Source: Epiperipatus broadwayi (Eukaryota > Animalia > Onychophora). From it: 64,000 nt of DNA. Below the pieces are notes generated by a model. The model ran no database searches. It was not told the origin of the DNA and saw nothing but the letters and a program-made list of their open reading frames with translations. Of this stretch, positions 1-12,700 are shown piece by piece. The translations under genes and the position numbers were made by a program. The stretch spans positions 10,912,001 through 10,976,000 of the forward strand of contig JAQFVV010000003.1 of NCBI GenBank assembly GCA_028023455.1. Reading direction: 5' to 3'. The first letter of the stretch is position 1, and each line of letters starts with the position of its first letter.

Positions 1-215
1 CTAGGTGCAGTGCTTTCAGATCCAAGGTTCCTCACTGATGAAGGCCACAAGCCAAAAACTAGTCTAGGGATATTGGATGAGTAGGCACTAGATGGGGATT
101 TTATGCACAAGCCTTCTGGCATCCAATGATTACTCTGGCTGGCACTGAGTGGCACTACTGTATGGAGAGTTTTGCCTGTGTTAGTAACAGTTATGTGCAA
201 GCATAAGAAAGTGAT
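1..215 (+). mobile_element. Family A hammerhead-containing non-coding retroelement (retrozyme/Penelope-like), cut by the window edge
   Basis: Aligns closely with 45907-46120 and with the reverse complement of 45158-45337; contains a hammerhead motif at 21-77. Confidence 0.8.
21..77 (+). ncRNA. Minimal type I hammerhead ribozyme motif (family A, degenerate)
   Basis: TCCAA..TCCTCA (helix I 5') CTGATGA A GGC-cacaa-GCC A AAAA (G12 to A) CTAG TC / TAGGGA..TTGGA (helix I 3'); palindromic ACTAGT helix III; predicted cleavage after 64. Confidence 0.7.
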
Positions 216-1884
216 TATGTAATAAATATTGTAAATAGAAACATATACATAAAGTAAAAAAAATACAGAATTTGCACAACACCAGAAAAAACTAATTGAT
301 CTATAGATGAAAAAAGATTGAGTTGAGATAGATCATTAGTTTTGCAGCTTAATAAATCAAGGATGCAAAAACAGAATAAGAATAATCATGATACATCTAT
401 AGAAATGATAAAATTTGGTTATAGGATAAGAGCTTAGAAAAGATCAAAGAGAAAAAAAATCTAAAAACAGATAAGTAAATAATTAAATTATCTGATTTTA
501 TGAAAATATAATAATAATAAGGGTGAAAAAAATTTGGTCCTTTTGACTTGTAGTAATTTCAATTAATCTTTTTAAGTTATTGAAAAGTAAAGGCAATCCA
601 TAAAACTCTTACAGAGAAATTGAAGAAATGCTATCTGATGTATAGACAATATTTATAAGAATTTAAGTAAATTGAAAAGCCTGCAATTTGAAAACCTGGT
701 TAAAAAAAAATAAGTCAAGAGCAGTAAATGTAAATTAAAGAATTAAACAGTATGCAAGTTAATGGATAACTGATTTCAGCAAAACAATCTGTTGCTTCAA
801 AGTATTTTATGCCCTTCTATTTATTGGTATCAAAAGTTATTAAGAGGCCAAACAAAACATCACATGATGTAATCAGCTTACTATCAAAATCTTATTTAAA
901 AATAGTCCTCAAATCTATTTTCTCTTCTTGATTAATCTATTGTGAATTTGAGTAATCAATAAATGTCAAATGGTAATTTAGGATGTTTAAAGGATTTTTA
1001 AGTCTTTGGCATAAATAGAAAATAAAGAATGAAATATAGTCATTGAATAAGTATAATGCAAGTCAGTGTTCTATATTAAAAAGGCCAACAATCCAGAAAA
1101 TATTCACACAGGTTTGCTTTCACTGCCCTCAAGTATCCATTGATTTTATTCAATCTTTATAAGATCTAGAACTAAAGAAAGATGTCATGAATATACAAAA
1201 TATATATATTTAACTGAAATGCTTTAAAATATTTTTTTAAAGCTTTTTTTTATTTATTTATTGTTTATTTGGTAGCCAATAATAATCTTCAGCCAGTATC
1301 AGCCAATAGCATCAACCATTTAGTTATAATACATTATTGGCTAAATGCTATCTTATTTTAAGTAGAATAAATGCTAACATATTTATAATAATAACATATC
1401 AAATGTCAAAAAAACCTTCTTTAAATTATTACTTTAATATTATATGTATCATCTTAATGACTTGTCATGATAGCTTGAGGATGATAATGTGCAGTTCTTA
1501 TATCATTTTACTATATTATCTTCATTATCAGAAACATTGGCTCATCACTTACAAATGTATTCTTCTCTTATTAATTCTTACTGAAATTTTTGCAAGTTTA
1601 ATGTTGATTGCACACATTCTACAGGGGCTTTAGTTTTTATATATACCTTATATAAAATCAAAAATTAGTGAATTTACTTTTCTGATTACCATTCATTTTG
1701 TATATTCTTTTAAATAGTTTTGATCTTCCTGTACCTTTCTTCAATATAATTTTCTTCTAATTCACTTTTTTATATAATTCTTCTCTGGAAACTTTCTGTA
1801 ACATATTTTTCAAATGCCAAAATTCTTCTCAGTAAATGTTTTGCTTCCATTATGTTTCATAGTCATATAATACATTAAAAAATA

Positions 1885-2040
1885 TAAAATAAAAATTCTT
1901 ATAACATTACAATACTAGCCAAAAAAAAACTAAACCTGACTAAAATTCTTCCAAAACAATGATTTCACCAATTAATAAATAGACTTCTTTTATTTTTTAT
2001 TTTGGCTAGTATTGTAATGTTATATGAATTTTTATATTAT
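1885..2040. repeat. Inverted repeat, ~45 bp arms with ~60 bp spacer
   Basis: AATTCTTATAACATTACAATACTAGCCAAAAA matches the reverse complement of TTTTTGGCTAGTATTGTAATGTTATATGAATT with 1 mismatch. Confidence 0.75.
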
Positions 2041-2289
2041 TTATTATTACTAATATAGCATTAGTCAGGATTTAATTTCTAATTAAAAAATATGTATGAA
2101 TTGAATGTATCTAATGACTACTAAATATATTCTGTAGACTACAAAGACTGCAAAAGACAATAATTATTTATGACTAATATTTTTGTGGGATATGATGTGA
2201 TACACTGTAACTTCTCCTTATACAAAGTCAGGAATCTTTCAGCAACTATGCCCAGAGAAACCTGTTAACCACTCTGAACCCCTTTCCAT

Positions 2290-2660
2290 TCCCCATCCCA
2301 AGTTTTCCCATATTCTTTTCTACCCTGCTCCATCCTATTTCCACAACATAATCTTTGTCAACTCCATGGCCTTTAGATCTAAAACCCCCTTATCTTTTCC
2401 CAAATCCAGCATAAAAACCAATACACAACTTTCTATATAATCACTATGTTCATATTTATTCTTCCACAACTTCATTATGTATATCCTTTCTGCTTTCAGG
2501 TATTTACATTCAATTAACAGATGTCTAATATTTTTTATGTCTTTCTTATACAACTTGCAGATTAAATCACCCACATTTCTCCATTTATGAGTATTGAAGC
2601 AATCTGTGTGTATGCACACTCAGAGCTTCATGATATTTATTTAAATGTAATATGAACCTA
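2290..2660 (-). mobile_element. 3' fragment of a non-LTR retrotransposon (C-terminal zinc-knuckle region)
   Basis: ORF 2335-2619 contains ICKLYKKDIKNIRHLLIECKYLKAER, resembling the CxxC..HLLxEC motif of LINE ORF2 C-termini. Confidence 0.5.
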
Positions 2661-4391
2661 GGGTGATAGATTTCAATAGCTAATATTTCACCCTCTTTAT
2701 TAAAAAAATGAATATATATATGCAGGTGTGTGTATGATCGAATGATAGAGCACATATATATATTGTTAGCATTAAAATGCATTTCAGTTATATATTTGGG
2801 GGAAAAAATGTATTTTTTTTTTGTTTTGTATGTTTTTCTAAAGAAAGAAATGGAAAAATTAAGTTGACTCGTTTTTTTGCAATTAACAGATTTTACTAAT
2901 TGATAGCCAAACATTCAGCTAAAAGCAAGAATTTCTATAAGATTTTTATAAAACATTTCGGAAAAATACAGTTCCATTGGGATGCAAATTATTTCTTCTC
3001 TTTGGGGGCAGTTAAGTTTTCTTACCTTATCTTAATCTTGATAAGATTTTGTCAGATTGGTGCAAATTAGGAATTAGTCAACTGGAGTATTTTCTTTTCC
3101 AGCAAAAGTTGAATCTGGGGAATTAATTAAAATATTTTTTTTAAAAAATAAGAAGAGTAAAGAAAAACTCTAGACATGATAGCTGGAGGGGTAGCTAAAT
3201 ATGATTTCTTGGTTTTTTGCTGAGTAAGATTTTTTTAGATTTGTTGGCTTATAAATACTGGATTATAGTTTCCTTTTTAAGCAGACATCACCCTAGTTTT
3301 CAGGTATCACCATGGTTTGTGAGCAGAAAGCAGGTTAGCCTTCCTTTTGGATGATCTCTTGAGGAAGAGAGTGCATCTTTGGTGTGGAGAAACCTATTGA
3401 TTCCATGATGCTGCTGCAAAGAGAAGAATTACCAGCTTCAAATCCAGTCCTTTCCTGAGCCAGTAAACCAAGAGCCTGCCCAGAAGTTAAGTTTTAACCT
3501 GCAAAAAGATAGTTGAACCATCCTGCTTCATCAAACAGCCTCCAATGCAAGTATGAACTTTTAATCTTTAAAGATAAAATATATAACGTGCCTTCTATAT
3601 AACTATAATGTCTAGATTTAAATCCTTCAGACTCAGAACTACTTTGGAATCAAACCTTGATTCCAAAGGAAGATGTAATTAAAAGAAAACATTAATCTAT
3701 ATATATATAAGTGTAGTAACTCTTTGATAACAAATCAGTCTATATCAGAATTTAATTTCTAATTGTTAATAGTACAAAATTCTGTAAACTATATAATATT
3801 GATTTTTTTATTAATATTTCGTTTGAAGTATGCCACTCACTTTTCTTTATTTATATCTTATTGACTAATATTATCTACATTATATTGATATGCCAACTCA
3901 CAAGTATGGGAGGATTGACATTTTAATATGTAATCAATTAATGTGTAAATTGTTATTTTGTCTCCAATCTTTAGGGTGGAGAGTAATAATCATTTTATAA
4001 CTTTAAAGTAACAAGCACAAGCTTGAATTTCTTAAATCATTCGTCCAAATCCTTGTGAGTTGAAATGTTGTCATTTGTTCATTTAAAAAAAAAAGAAAAG
4101 CAAATATTTGAATTAAAACTTGCAATTTATTTGTGTAATCAAACCAATAACTCATTAACAAAATTAAGAATAAATGAGTGCTAAAATAATTATTTAAATC
4201 CACATCTATTTAGTTTATATTTGGTTGAAATTCTTTATGACAATTAAATGAAATAATCTTTATGTGCGTTTGTTTATGTGTTAAAAAAAATAATCGTGCT
4301 TTTTTTTTTAAATGTAAAACGAGCAATGTTATTTATTATGAAAGTATGTGTTCATCCCACTATATCTATTTAATGATGTATACATCTAGAG

Positions 4392-4918
4392 CAGGGGTGG
4401 GCAATTGTTTGGCTCAGGGAATGCAGAGGTTGGCAGAGGGCTGCATCAGGGGCCACCTTGTGGAAGCGAAGGTTATAGGAGGGCCACACCTTTTTTTCAT
4501 GACTCAATAAACACACTGCTTTATTCCCTGTATTACCAAAGAAATATTTGTTTGCCCATTCTTCATTAAACACACAACATTCATCACTGATTTTTCACTT
4601 TTTTGGAAAGTTCATGGTTTCACTAAAGTTGGAAATGTATATAATTTCTAATGTAAAGACAAAATTGAAATTAACCAGATCAACTGGAAAAGCACTGCAC
4701 ATCCTATCTACACTGCACATATGTATTGTGTGGCCATCCTAGTGGAAAATATAAGATGAATCTTTGGTCGCATAGGAAGGAAATCTCAGTTCAAGGCAGA
4801 TTTTTCTGATTGTCTTGGTGGGCCACATAAACTCTTAGCAGGCCATATGTTGCCCTCAGGCCACATAAACTCTTAGCAGGCCATATGTTGCCCTCAGGCC
4901 ACTATTTTCCCACCCCTG
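4392..4918. mobile_element. hAT (Charlie-like) MITE
   Basis: TIRs CAGGGGTGGGCAA / TTCCCACCCCTG; 8-bp TSD ATCTAGAG / ATCTAGGG (NTCTAGAN type); internal 38-bp tandem duplication at 4821-4896. Confidence 0.85.
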
Positions 4919-5763
4919 ATCTAGGGGAAAGTACTCTGTCTCAGCAGCCATATCTTATTGCCTCCATAGCAATTTACTATGATAATTCATAATTAAGCTT
5001 TATATTTAAGCTCATGGGCATTTTATAGCCTATAAAATATTGTTATCTTGATTTTCATATCACTGCTTGTTTTATTAAATTTTAAATACAGACTTAGATA
5101 TCTATCCATATATGAATTAGTGCCTTTTGGCAAGTACATCAGTGTTACTTGGTAGAATAATCTGTGCCTACATCCAATAAATGAATATATGTCGAGTAAT
5201 ACTATGTAAGCTGCCAGACGGATATTTTACTGGTACTGGAGATAGCCATGTTTTTGAGCTGATAAATGGGTATTCTATGATGATAGTGATTCATAACCCA
5301 CACTCCAGTTTCCTTCATGTACTATGCCAATGGCAGATGTGTCTACAAAGGAACATATATATTTCTTATTACTCGATAATGGAGATTGGCCTATCTAGCC
5401 AATGCCTATAATAATATAGTCAGCACAGAATTCAAACCCAGATACAACTGTCTTCTGTAATTAGGTTTATTAATCATGCCTGTTAGTAAGGTTGTGTGGG
5501 ATAGATAAAGCATGTCTATAATATAATTGTTAATAATAAAGGGAGCTAGAATTATGCTTTGTTCCATACCTCCTGCTGGGATTAATAAAATAAATATAAT
5601 AATAAAAAATACTTAACTTCCCCTATGTATGTAAACATGCACATCAATTTGTTCTATATATATATTTCTGGCCTCGAACTTAATAATAACCAGGTACTGA
5701 ATCTACTCTTGACAATTGGTATATTAATTTTATAGTGGCATATTTCTTGATCAAATTACCATA

Positions 5764-7170
5764 TAGTTCATTTGTAATGCTCACACACGTATCATACTGA
5801 TACACAAATGTTGTTATCATTATTAACATATAGTTCCTTTGTAATGCTCATACATGTATCACACTGGATATTTAAATATTGTTGTCATTATTAACTTCTA
5901 TTTCATTTGTAATGCTCATACACGTATCATATTAATACATAAATGTTATCATTATTAAAATACAATTCCTTTGTAATGCTCATACATGTATCATCATCAT
6001 CAACAACAACCATTATCAATCCACTGCAGGATGAAGGTCTCTCCAAGTTCAATCATCTTTTCCTATCTTTAGCTTCTCTGCTCCATATCACCCCTGCACA
6101 CTTTCTTATTTCATCCATCCATCTCACATGTGGTCTCTTTCTGGGTCTTTTACAATCTCTTGGAATCCAGTTTAAAATTTCAATTGTCCATCTATTATCA
6201 TCTCTTCTAGCAATATGTCCAGCCCAACTCCACTTCAGTCTTTTAATTTTTTCAATGAGGTCAGTAACACCTGTTTGTTCTCTTACCCATACATTGCGTT
6301 TTTGATCTCTTCTTTTTACTCCCAACATGCATCTCTCCATACTTCTTTGAGTGGTCTGAAGTCTCTGTATTGCTCTTCTATTAAGTGTCCAAGTCTCAGA
6401 TCTATAAGTAAGAACTGGCAAAACACATTCATTAAAAACCTTCCTTTTCAAACACATAGGCATATTTCCTTTTAGTATAAAGTTATTTCTACCAAAAGCA
6501 CACCAACCAAATTTAATTCTATGATTAATTTCATCCATTATATTTCCATCTGTATTAATAATCTGACCAAGGTATTTGTAACTGTTAACTTCTTCTAACT
6601 CATCATAATCAATGTTTATTTTCATATTTTGAAAAAATTGATTAAACATTACTTTAGTCTTTTTATCATTTATCTTTAGTCCTACATTCCTACTTTCATC
6701 TGATAACTCCTGCAACATTTCCTGTAGCTCTAAAGTATTATTTGCAAAAACAACTACATCATCTGCAAAATCTAAATGATTAAATAATCTACATTTACTT
6801 TCACTCCGTTAGCTTCCCATTTTAATCCCCAAAATACTCCTTGCAACACTGCTGTAAAAAGTTTTGGAGATATGGAATCACCCTGTCTTACACCCATTTC
6901 AATGTTGATTTTCCTACTATTATTATCTAATCTAATTGTTGTTTTTGCACAATATCTAAATATTGTGATCATCATTAACTTCTAGTTCATTTGTAATGTT
7001 CTTATATGTATCATACTGATACCCAAATATTGTTATTATTATTAACACACAGTTCCTTTGTAATGTTCATTCACGTATCATACTGATATTTAAATATTGT
7101 TGTGATTATTAATTTCTGTTTCATTTGTAATGCTCATTCATGTATCATAACGAGATCCAAATATTATCAT
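5764..7170. repeat. ~65-bp minisatellite array split by an RTE insertion
   Basis: Unit ~AGTTCMTTTGTAATGCTCATACACGTATCATACTGATA..AAATRTTGTTRTCATTATTAAC; about 3.5 copies at 5764-5995 and about 3 copies at 6960-7170. Confidence 0.85.
5995..6962 (-). mobile_element. RTE-clade LINE, 5'-truncated (RT C-terminal half plus 3' end)
   Basis: Translations GVRQGDSISPKLF, DFADD, GLKINDKKTKVM, YKYLGQ, KRKVFNECVLPVLTY, LKWSWAGHIAR; (GTT)/(GAT) microsatellite tail at the left end. Confidence 0.92.
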
Positions 7171-7190
7171 TGTTATTATATCTCTTATTG

Positions 7191-7459
7191 TAATTACATT
7201 CGAATATCAGCCTTTCAAGCTAATTGTGCAAATGCTTTGCGAGTGTTAATAATAAATGAATACTTTCTGACCAATACAAGATATAGTATTTATACAGGAA
7301 TAAAAAGGAATTCCTGTATAAATACTATATCTTGTATTGGTCAGAAAGTATTCATTTATTATTAACACTCGCAAAGCGTTTGCACAATTAGCTTGAAAGG
7401 CTGATATTCGAATGTAATTACAATTGTATACAGACGCTATAAAAATAAATGCTTATTTA
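7191..7459. mobile_element. Fold-back insertion: ~115-bp near-perfect hairpin plus 35-bp tail, flanked by a 14-bp TSD
   Basis: Arms 7187-7301 and 7310-7424 (loop AAAAAGGA); direct repeat TATATCTCTTATTG at 7177-7190 and 7460-7473. Confidence 0.8.
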
Positions 7460-7859
7460 TATATCTCTTATTGAATTTGTTCTTAATAAATTATGTATAT
7501 TTATATTTATACATCGGTCGTGTCTTTCCCTGGTTCATCACATCCACCCAACTTTATCCACACTTAATTAAGTGATCTATGAGTCTACTCAAAATCACTG
7601 AAGTATATAAAAAATGGTATTCTAAGCATTGTCAAAGTATTAGATTCTTATGGGATCTGGTGATCATCTGATCAATTAATTTAGTAACTAATTCATGGCT
7701 GAGACTGAGTTTGAATCAGTCCTTGTTTCACACTGATCACTGGGACCAAAAGAAAATGATTACTATCAGTAGCATCAGAAGCATTGGTCAGATAGTGGAG
7801 ATTTTGGAGCACTGGAAAATAGGTTAAAGTTTAGTACTGTTCTGTGACTACCATATCCT

Positions 7860-8880
7860 GAAATTGCTGGGTTTGATGTACTTTTTCTAGAACTCTGAAT
7901 CTTGTTGGCTGAACACTATTCTGACCATTACAGTATATTCTCTTGTTGCTAAAGATGCCCTTTGAGCCTTAAACAGTAAACTACTTTCCCTGCTATTATC
8001 ATAAATTAACTTGCACTCAATATTCTTCTATTTACTTCTATAAATATTTAAACTCTTTTTACTCTTCATACTAGCTCTCCATCTCTCCAACTCCCTATTC
8101 TTTATCAATGCATCTATTCTTCTATCCCATTCTTTAACACTCAACAATTCTCCTAACACAATTATCCCACCTTTTGTATAAATATACTGACATAAATTCT
8201 TTATCTAAATCTGCTGCATAATGCATTACCTTTTGCACCCATCTTGTTGCCTGCCCTTTATTCATAACCCAATTAAATACTATTTTGGCTATATCGAACA
8301 CTTTCATTTTGCTTTTTTGCATCTCTCGTATAAAAACGTGACCATCCCATTCCTCCTTGAATTGCCTCCTCTGCCATCCACACTTCTGCATCTAATGCAT
8401 GTCTTCCTACTTATTTTTGTACTTTTTCTATGTAATCTAATACCCCTTTACTAACACATAATGCATCATTACCATTGCTACTCCCTTCCATACAATTCTA
8501 GCTACATCACATTTATTATGGAAGAACACTTCTTTATCAATCCCTTTCTTTTCTTTGCTTCATTTATCAATTTCTTCTCCCATTCATCCAAGTAATTTTT
8601 CTGATTACTTAAAACAATTCGAAAATAGTTATATCTATCCACCACATTTAACTTTATATCCTCCAATAAAAACTCTTTGTCTTCTCATTATCCAATATTA
8701 ATCATCATTATTTTTGATTTTTCTTCACTAAATTTAATTCCCATCTCTTTACCCACTTTTGCAAATGTCCTCAGCATAACTTCCATATCTTCCCTTCTTT
8801 CTGCACACAAAAAAAATCATCCACAAATAAAAGACCCGACAATGTATATACTCCCTTGCCACCTATTAATGTATATTAAT
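7860..8880 (-). mobile_element. Degenerate LINE RT C-terminal region (RTE-X-like)
   Basis: Translations GIKFSEEKSKIM, RIVWKGVA, EKVQK*VGRHAL, AIQGGMGWS, YDNSRESSLLFKA, with stops and frameshifts. Confidence 0.65.
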
Positions 8881-9249
8881 TGACATTAGTGACATCTATC
8901 GTTTAAACCCAAACCCATAATGTAAAAAAATAAAAATATTCATTAAACATTAAATAGAAATACAACTAGTCACTTATATCATTTTCTAGATAATTGGCTT
9001 TTTTTAGTAAGAGACATTTAGTTTAGATTGTTTCCATAGATGTTCAATTTCTTAATGCTAACACATTAAAATTTTGAACCCAATAAGAAAATTTTTGAAA
9101 AACTAAGAAGAAAGACAGAAGCATCCACTGGTTCTGCCAGATAGCTCAAAAGTATGTCAACCCAAAATATCTTAGATGTTGCACTATATAGTATAGAACA
9201 TATTATTAGACTTCGATTCAAAATTCTAAGTTAATTAAATTTTCAAGTT

Positions 9250-9750
9250 ATTTTCATAAAACTACAAAATAAAAAGTGGTCACTAAATGGTGCAAATTCA
9301 ATGCTTCTCTCACAAAACAATCACAGAAGTCAAAGTATACTGCTATTTTGTGTACAGTACTTTTACTTGTTGCTTAAACTGTGGCTTCTAGAGCTGGAAG
9401 AGAGATTTTTATAAATGATGTCTGTGCATTCTCATAGTAATGGCTCTAACCAATATCACTCATTGTAATCTTATGGCATTAAGAATATTTTTGAATTTTT
9501 CTCCTAAATAGATAATTCCGAGATTTGTACATCTTAAGCCCTATATTACTTACTAGACTTCCACTTTTCATGATTGTTGTAGATCAGAAACTCCATGTCA
9601 AATATCTGAAATGAGATATTTTTTCTAACCCTGGAAACTAAGCTTACTCTTAAGTTATTAATTAAGCCTATCAATGTTTCATATATTAGACTTCCATAAT
9701 CTTTATACATTTACAAATATAGTTGCTAAATATGTATTTTTTGAAAAGTA
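9250..9750 (-). mobile_element. Highly decayed LINE RT fragment
   Basis: Faint match to the EQAGFR..RSTxDQIF..EK region (*E*A*FP / RKNISFQIF..HEK). Confidence 0.3.
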
Positions 9751-12700
9751 AGATTATAAATCCAAAAAGATTCTTAGATAAAAGGTTATAACTTGATGCA
9801 AAAAATAATATTTAATTGGAAGTAGAAATTTATTACTGCTTTTAATATTTTTTCAAAATATCCTTGAGTCATGTGATCCAAAAAAAAAATAAAAATAAAC
9901 ACCGGCATCAGTATTTTACAATAATAAAATGCAATAACTCCATACTATCTTGAGGATTAAAACATGTCAAAATATGCTAAGTTCTTCATTAAATTAAATA
10001 AATTCCCATTTCCATATCGTTAAGCTGACCAAATTTTTTTCTCTCTTAATTTATATAATTCAGCTAAAACTTAAAGAACATATTTTATATCACTGTTCAA
10101 AATAAAAATTTTCTATTAATCACATGCATAGATTAGACTAAAGATTATTGAATATAATTTAATTAGAAAAATAATGTGATTTCTAAAGAACTTCATAAGA
10201 ATCAGTAAATTTAGAAAACTAATAATAATAATAATAATAATAAGATATGTGCCAAAACTTCCTCACTGGACTATCATCAATAGTAAGCTTTCCATCTCTT
10301 AGTACAAATTTATTTTAGAATATTAATATTTAAAGCTATATCACAAATTTTAATGACCACTTACTTATCATAATTTGTAATAGTATGAAATGTTTTATCA
10401 TTTACTTAACATGCTTTATTCTAGCATCATAATAATTAAAAATGTGTAATATCTTTAAATGTAATTATATATATTGTAGCTATAACAATGGTTATACTAC
10501 TATGCTGAATAAAGAACAAAAATATGTTTTAATAAAAACTCAGTGACTGACTCATAAATATACAAACTTCCATTTACATGTGTTAGCATGTCAATTGAGA
10601 AATTAAAAAAATGTAAATTGTCTAAAGGTTAAAAGAAAAATTAATTCATGAGCATAATATTATTAAATAATTGCTGATACATAAAAGAAGAATAAATTAC
10701 AATGTAAAGAAAGAACGAAAAGTAGCCTTGATATGCATGCAAAAGAATTGGAATTGTGGAGTTTTTTTTTTTTTTTTAAAAAAAATCTAAATTTCAAACC
10801 TTATTTAATCTGCCTTTCAAATGGAAGTTTTAATTAGTCAATTTGTCCACTTTTATAGAAAATCAGATGGTGAATTTGAAAAAAATATTAAAATTTTAGA
10901 ATTGATATCATTTTAGAAGTTATAATTAAAAACTTATAAGTCAGCAGTGAATTTTTCTTCTTCCTATATTACAAAATATAAATAGAAAGAAGAGAGAAAA
11001 CTGTTTTTTTTTCTTTGTATTATTCTTTTATGTATAAAAATCAGAATCCACAAGTTTTGAAGAGAATAAAGGGTATGTTTTTTAAAAAATATATTGTTGT
11101 AATAATGCAAAAGTCAAATATTCCCTAGCTGGTGGCATATATATTGTTGGAAAATCATGTTGTTCGAACAACATCTATTTGGTATAAATAGGTAGGAAAC
11201 AAGCAACTAGGTATTCTAGTTACTATCATTCTAATTCTAGGCACTTAGCAGTTCATACAGACTACTATTGAAGCTGTGTTGCCATGATCCATATGGAAGA
11301 GAGAAACAATCACTGATTAAAACTCTTTTTCCATTGTAAGATGTATTTTACTGACTGTTCTTAAAATATTTTTCAATACTCCAGTTACAACAGTCAGTAT
11401 AATGATTTTATTTAGAAGAAATCCATCTACTACATGTGGCTAGATAAACAAAAAATATACAAGTCAAAATACTTGGAAAATGCAATCAGAACCAGAAATT
11501 AGTGCCGACATTTGAAAAAGCCAGTTCATGCAATACGTCTTTAATGCCATAAAAGACGAAAGGAAGAAACAGATAGTGATGTATAAATGATTCAAGACTC
11601 ACAGATATTATGTTTCATAGAACATCACCAGTGCTTCTGTACTTACTCCCTCTAATATCACCAGTAATCAAGAAAAACATCATCATGAGAAAAACTAAGG
11701 AAAACAACAGTAAAATATTAAAAGAATGGTACCTGAAAAAATGATAGTTAGTGACTGATTCAATATATTTAACATGATAAGATCTTATCATTAGAAACAC
11801 TATAAGGCCTTAAACTTGTACCATAACTTAAACTTAAAATATCTTTTGTTAATATAATATTTTTCTATGCGTGTTGATAGTTGCGACTATATGCGCAACC
11901 ATTTCATTTATTCATTATTAATAAATTGTTATTTTTTTATTATTAATCCATTTAGTTGGTGTTTGTAATTCAATCCAAATGTATGCTTTTTACAACATTT
12001 GGTAGTTAATATCCACAGTTCTGAGAAATCATGCAAAATACTGGGGGACATGTTGATGGTGGTAATAATTGGTGGTGATTGTGGCTTTAAAAACTTTTCT
12101 AACAGTAAATTTTCTTTTTAGGAAGTTTGGCATCTTTGAGTTTCTTTTTATTGAAACTGAAAAATAAAATACTTTTGGAAGTACTTGTATTTTTAAATTA
12201 TAAGTCATCATCATCACATTGGTTGGTTAATATTATATTAATGAATTAAAATTTTTATTTGAATTTTATTAATCGTTCAACTTATTATTTACGTGAGCTA
12301 AAGTTTACAGTACACATCTTGAAGATCTCATTACATATATGAGTCTGTCTTTTATTGTATTTAGTTGGTATCTAGTTTCAAACCCATCTTTAATCTAATA
12401 TATAAACTTACATCCAACTGTGGCAAAAGTTTTACTGTTACAATATGGACATATATTTATTCAAAGCCATGCTATCATATATTATAATTTGTTAATTTGG
12501 ATATTATAGTATTATATCATACTAAGAATCAAACACTCTCCATAAATTGTAGTGAGAAATAAGATCTTAAATTTAGGTATTGACAAATTCACCAGAAAAT
12601 AAAGCTATGAAAAAATAAACACTTTTTAAAGCAATTGAAAAATACTCTCAATACATTCAACATTATGCATATATATCAAATATTTTAAGTTCCATAATGT

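Noticed and set aside
1337-1633. 98-aa ORF and most other short ORFs in the track
   Set aside because: Low-complexity I/L/F/Y/K-rich translations typical of AT-rich non-coding DNA; no recognisable domains.
3280-3530. Higher-GC patch that looked like an exon
   Set aside because: Stops in all six frames; at best a faint Jockey/CR1-like RT tail (FRYHHGL..), too weak to call.
5764-7170. CRISPR-like regular repeats (also 17727-18320)
   Set aside because: The units are contiguous tandem copies without unique spacers, in a eukaryotic context with no cas genes.
7490-7550. Minus-strand TGATGAACCAGGGAAAG as a hammerhead
   Set aside because: It lacks C3, a credible helix I and an NUH site, and there is no second copy.
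9554-9605. Apparent minus-strand exon with AG and GTAAGT boundaries
   Set aside because: Its phase is incompatible with the 11.7-kb candidate, and the region reads better as decayed LINE RT.
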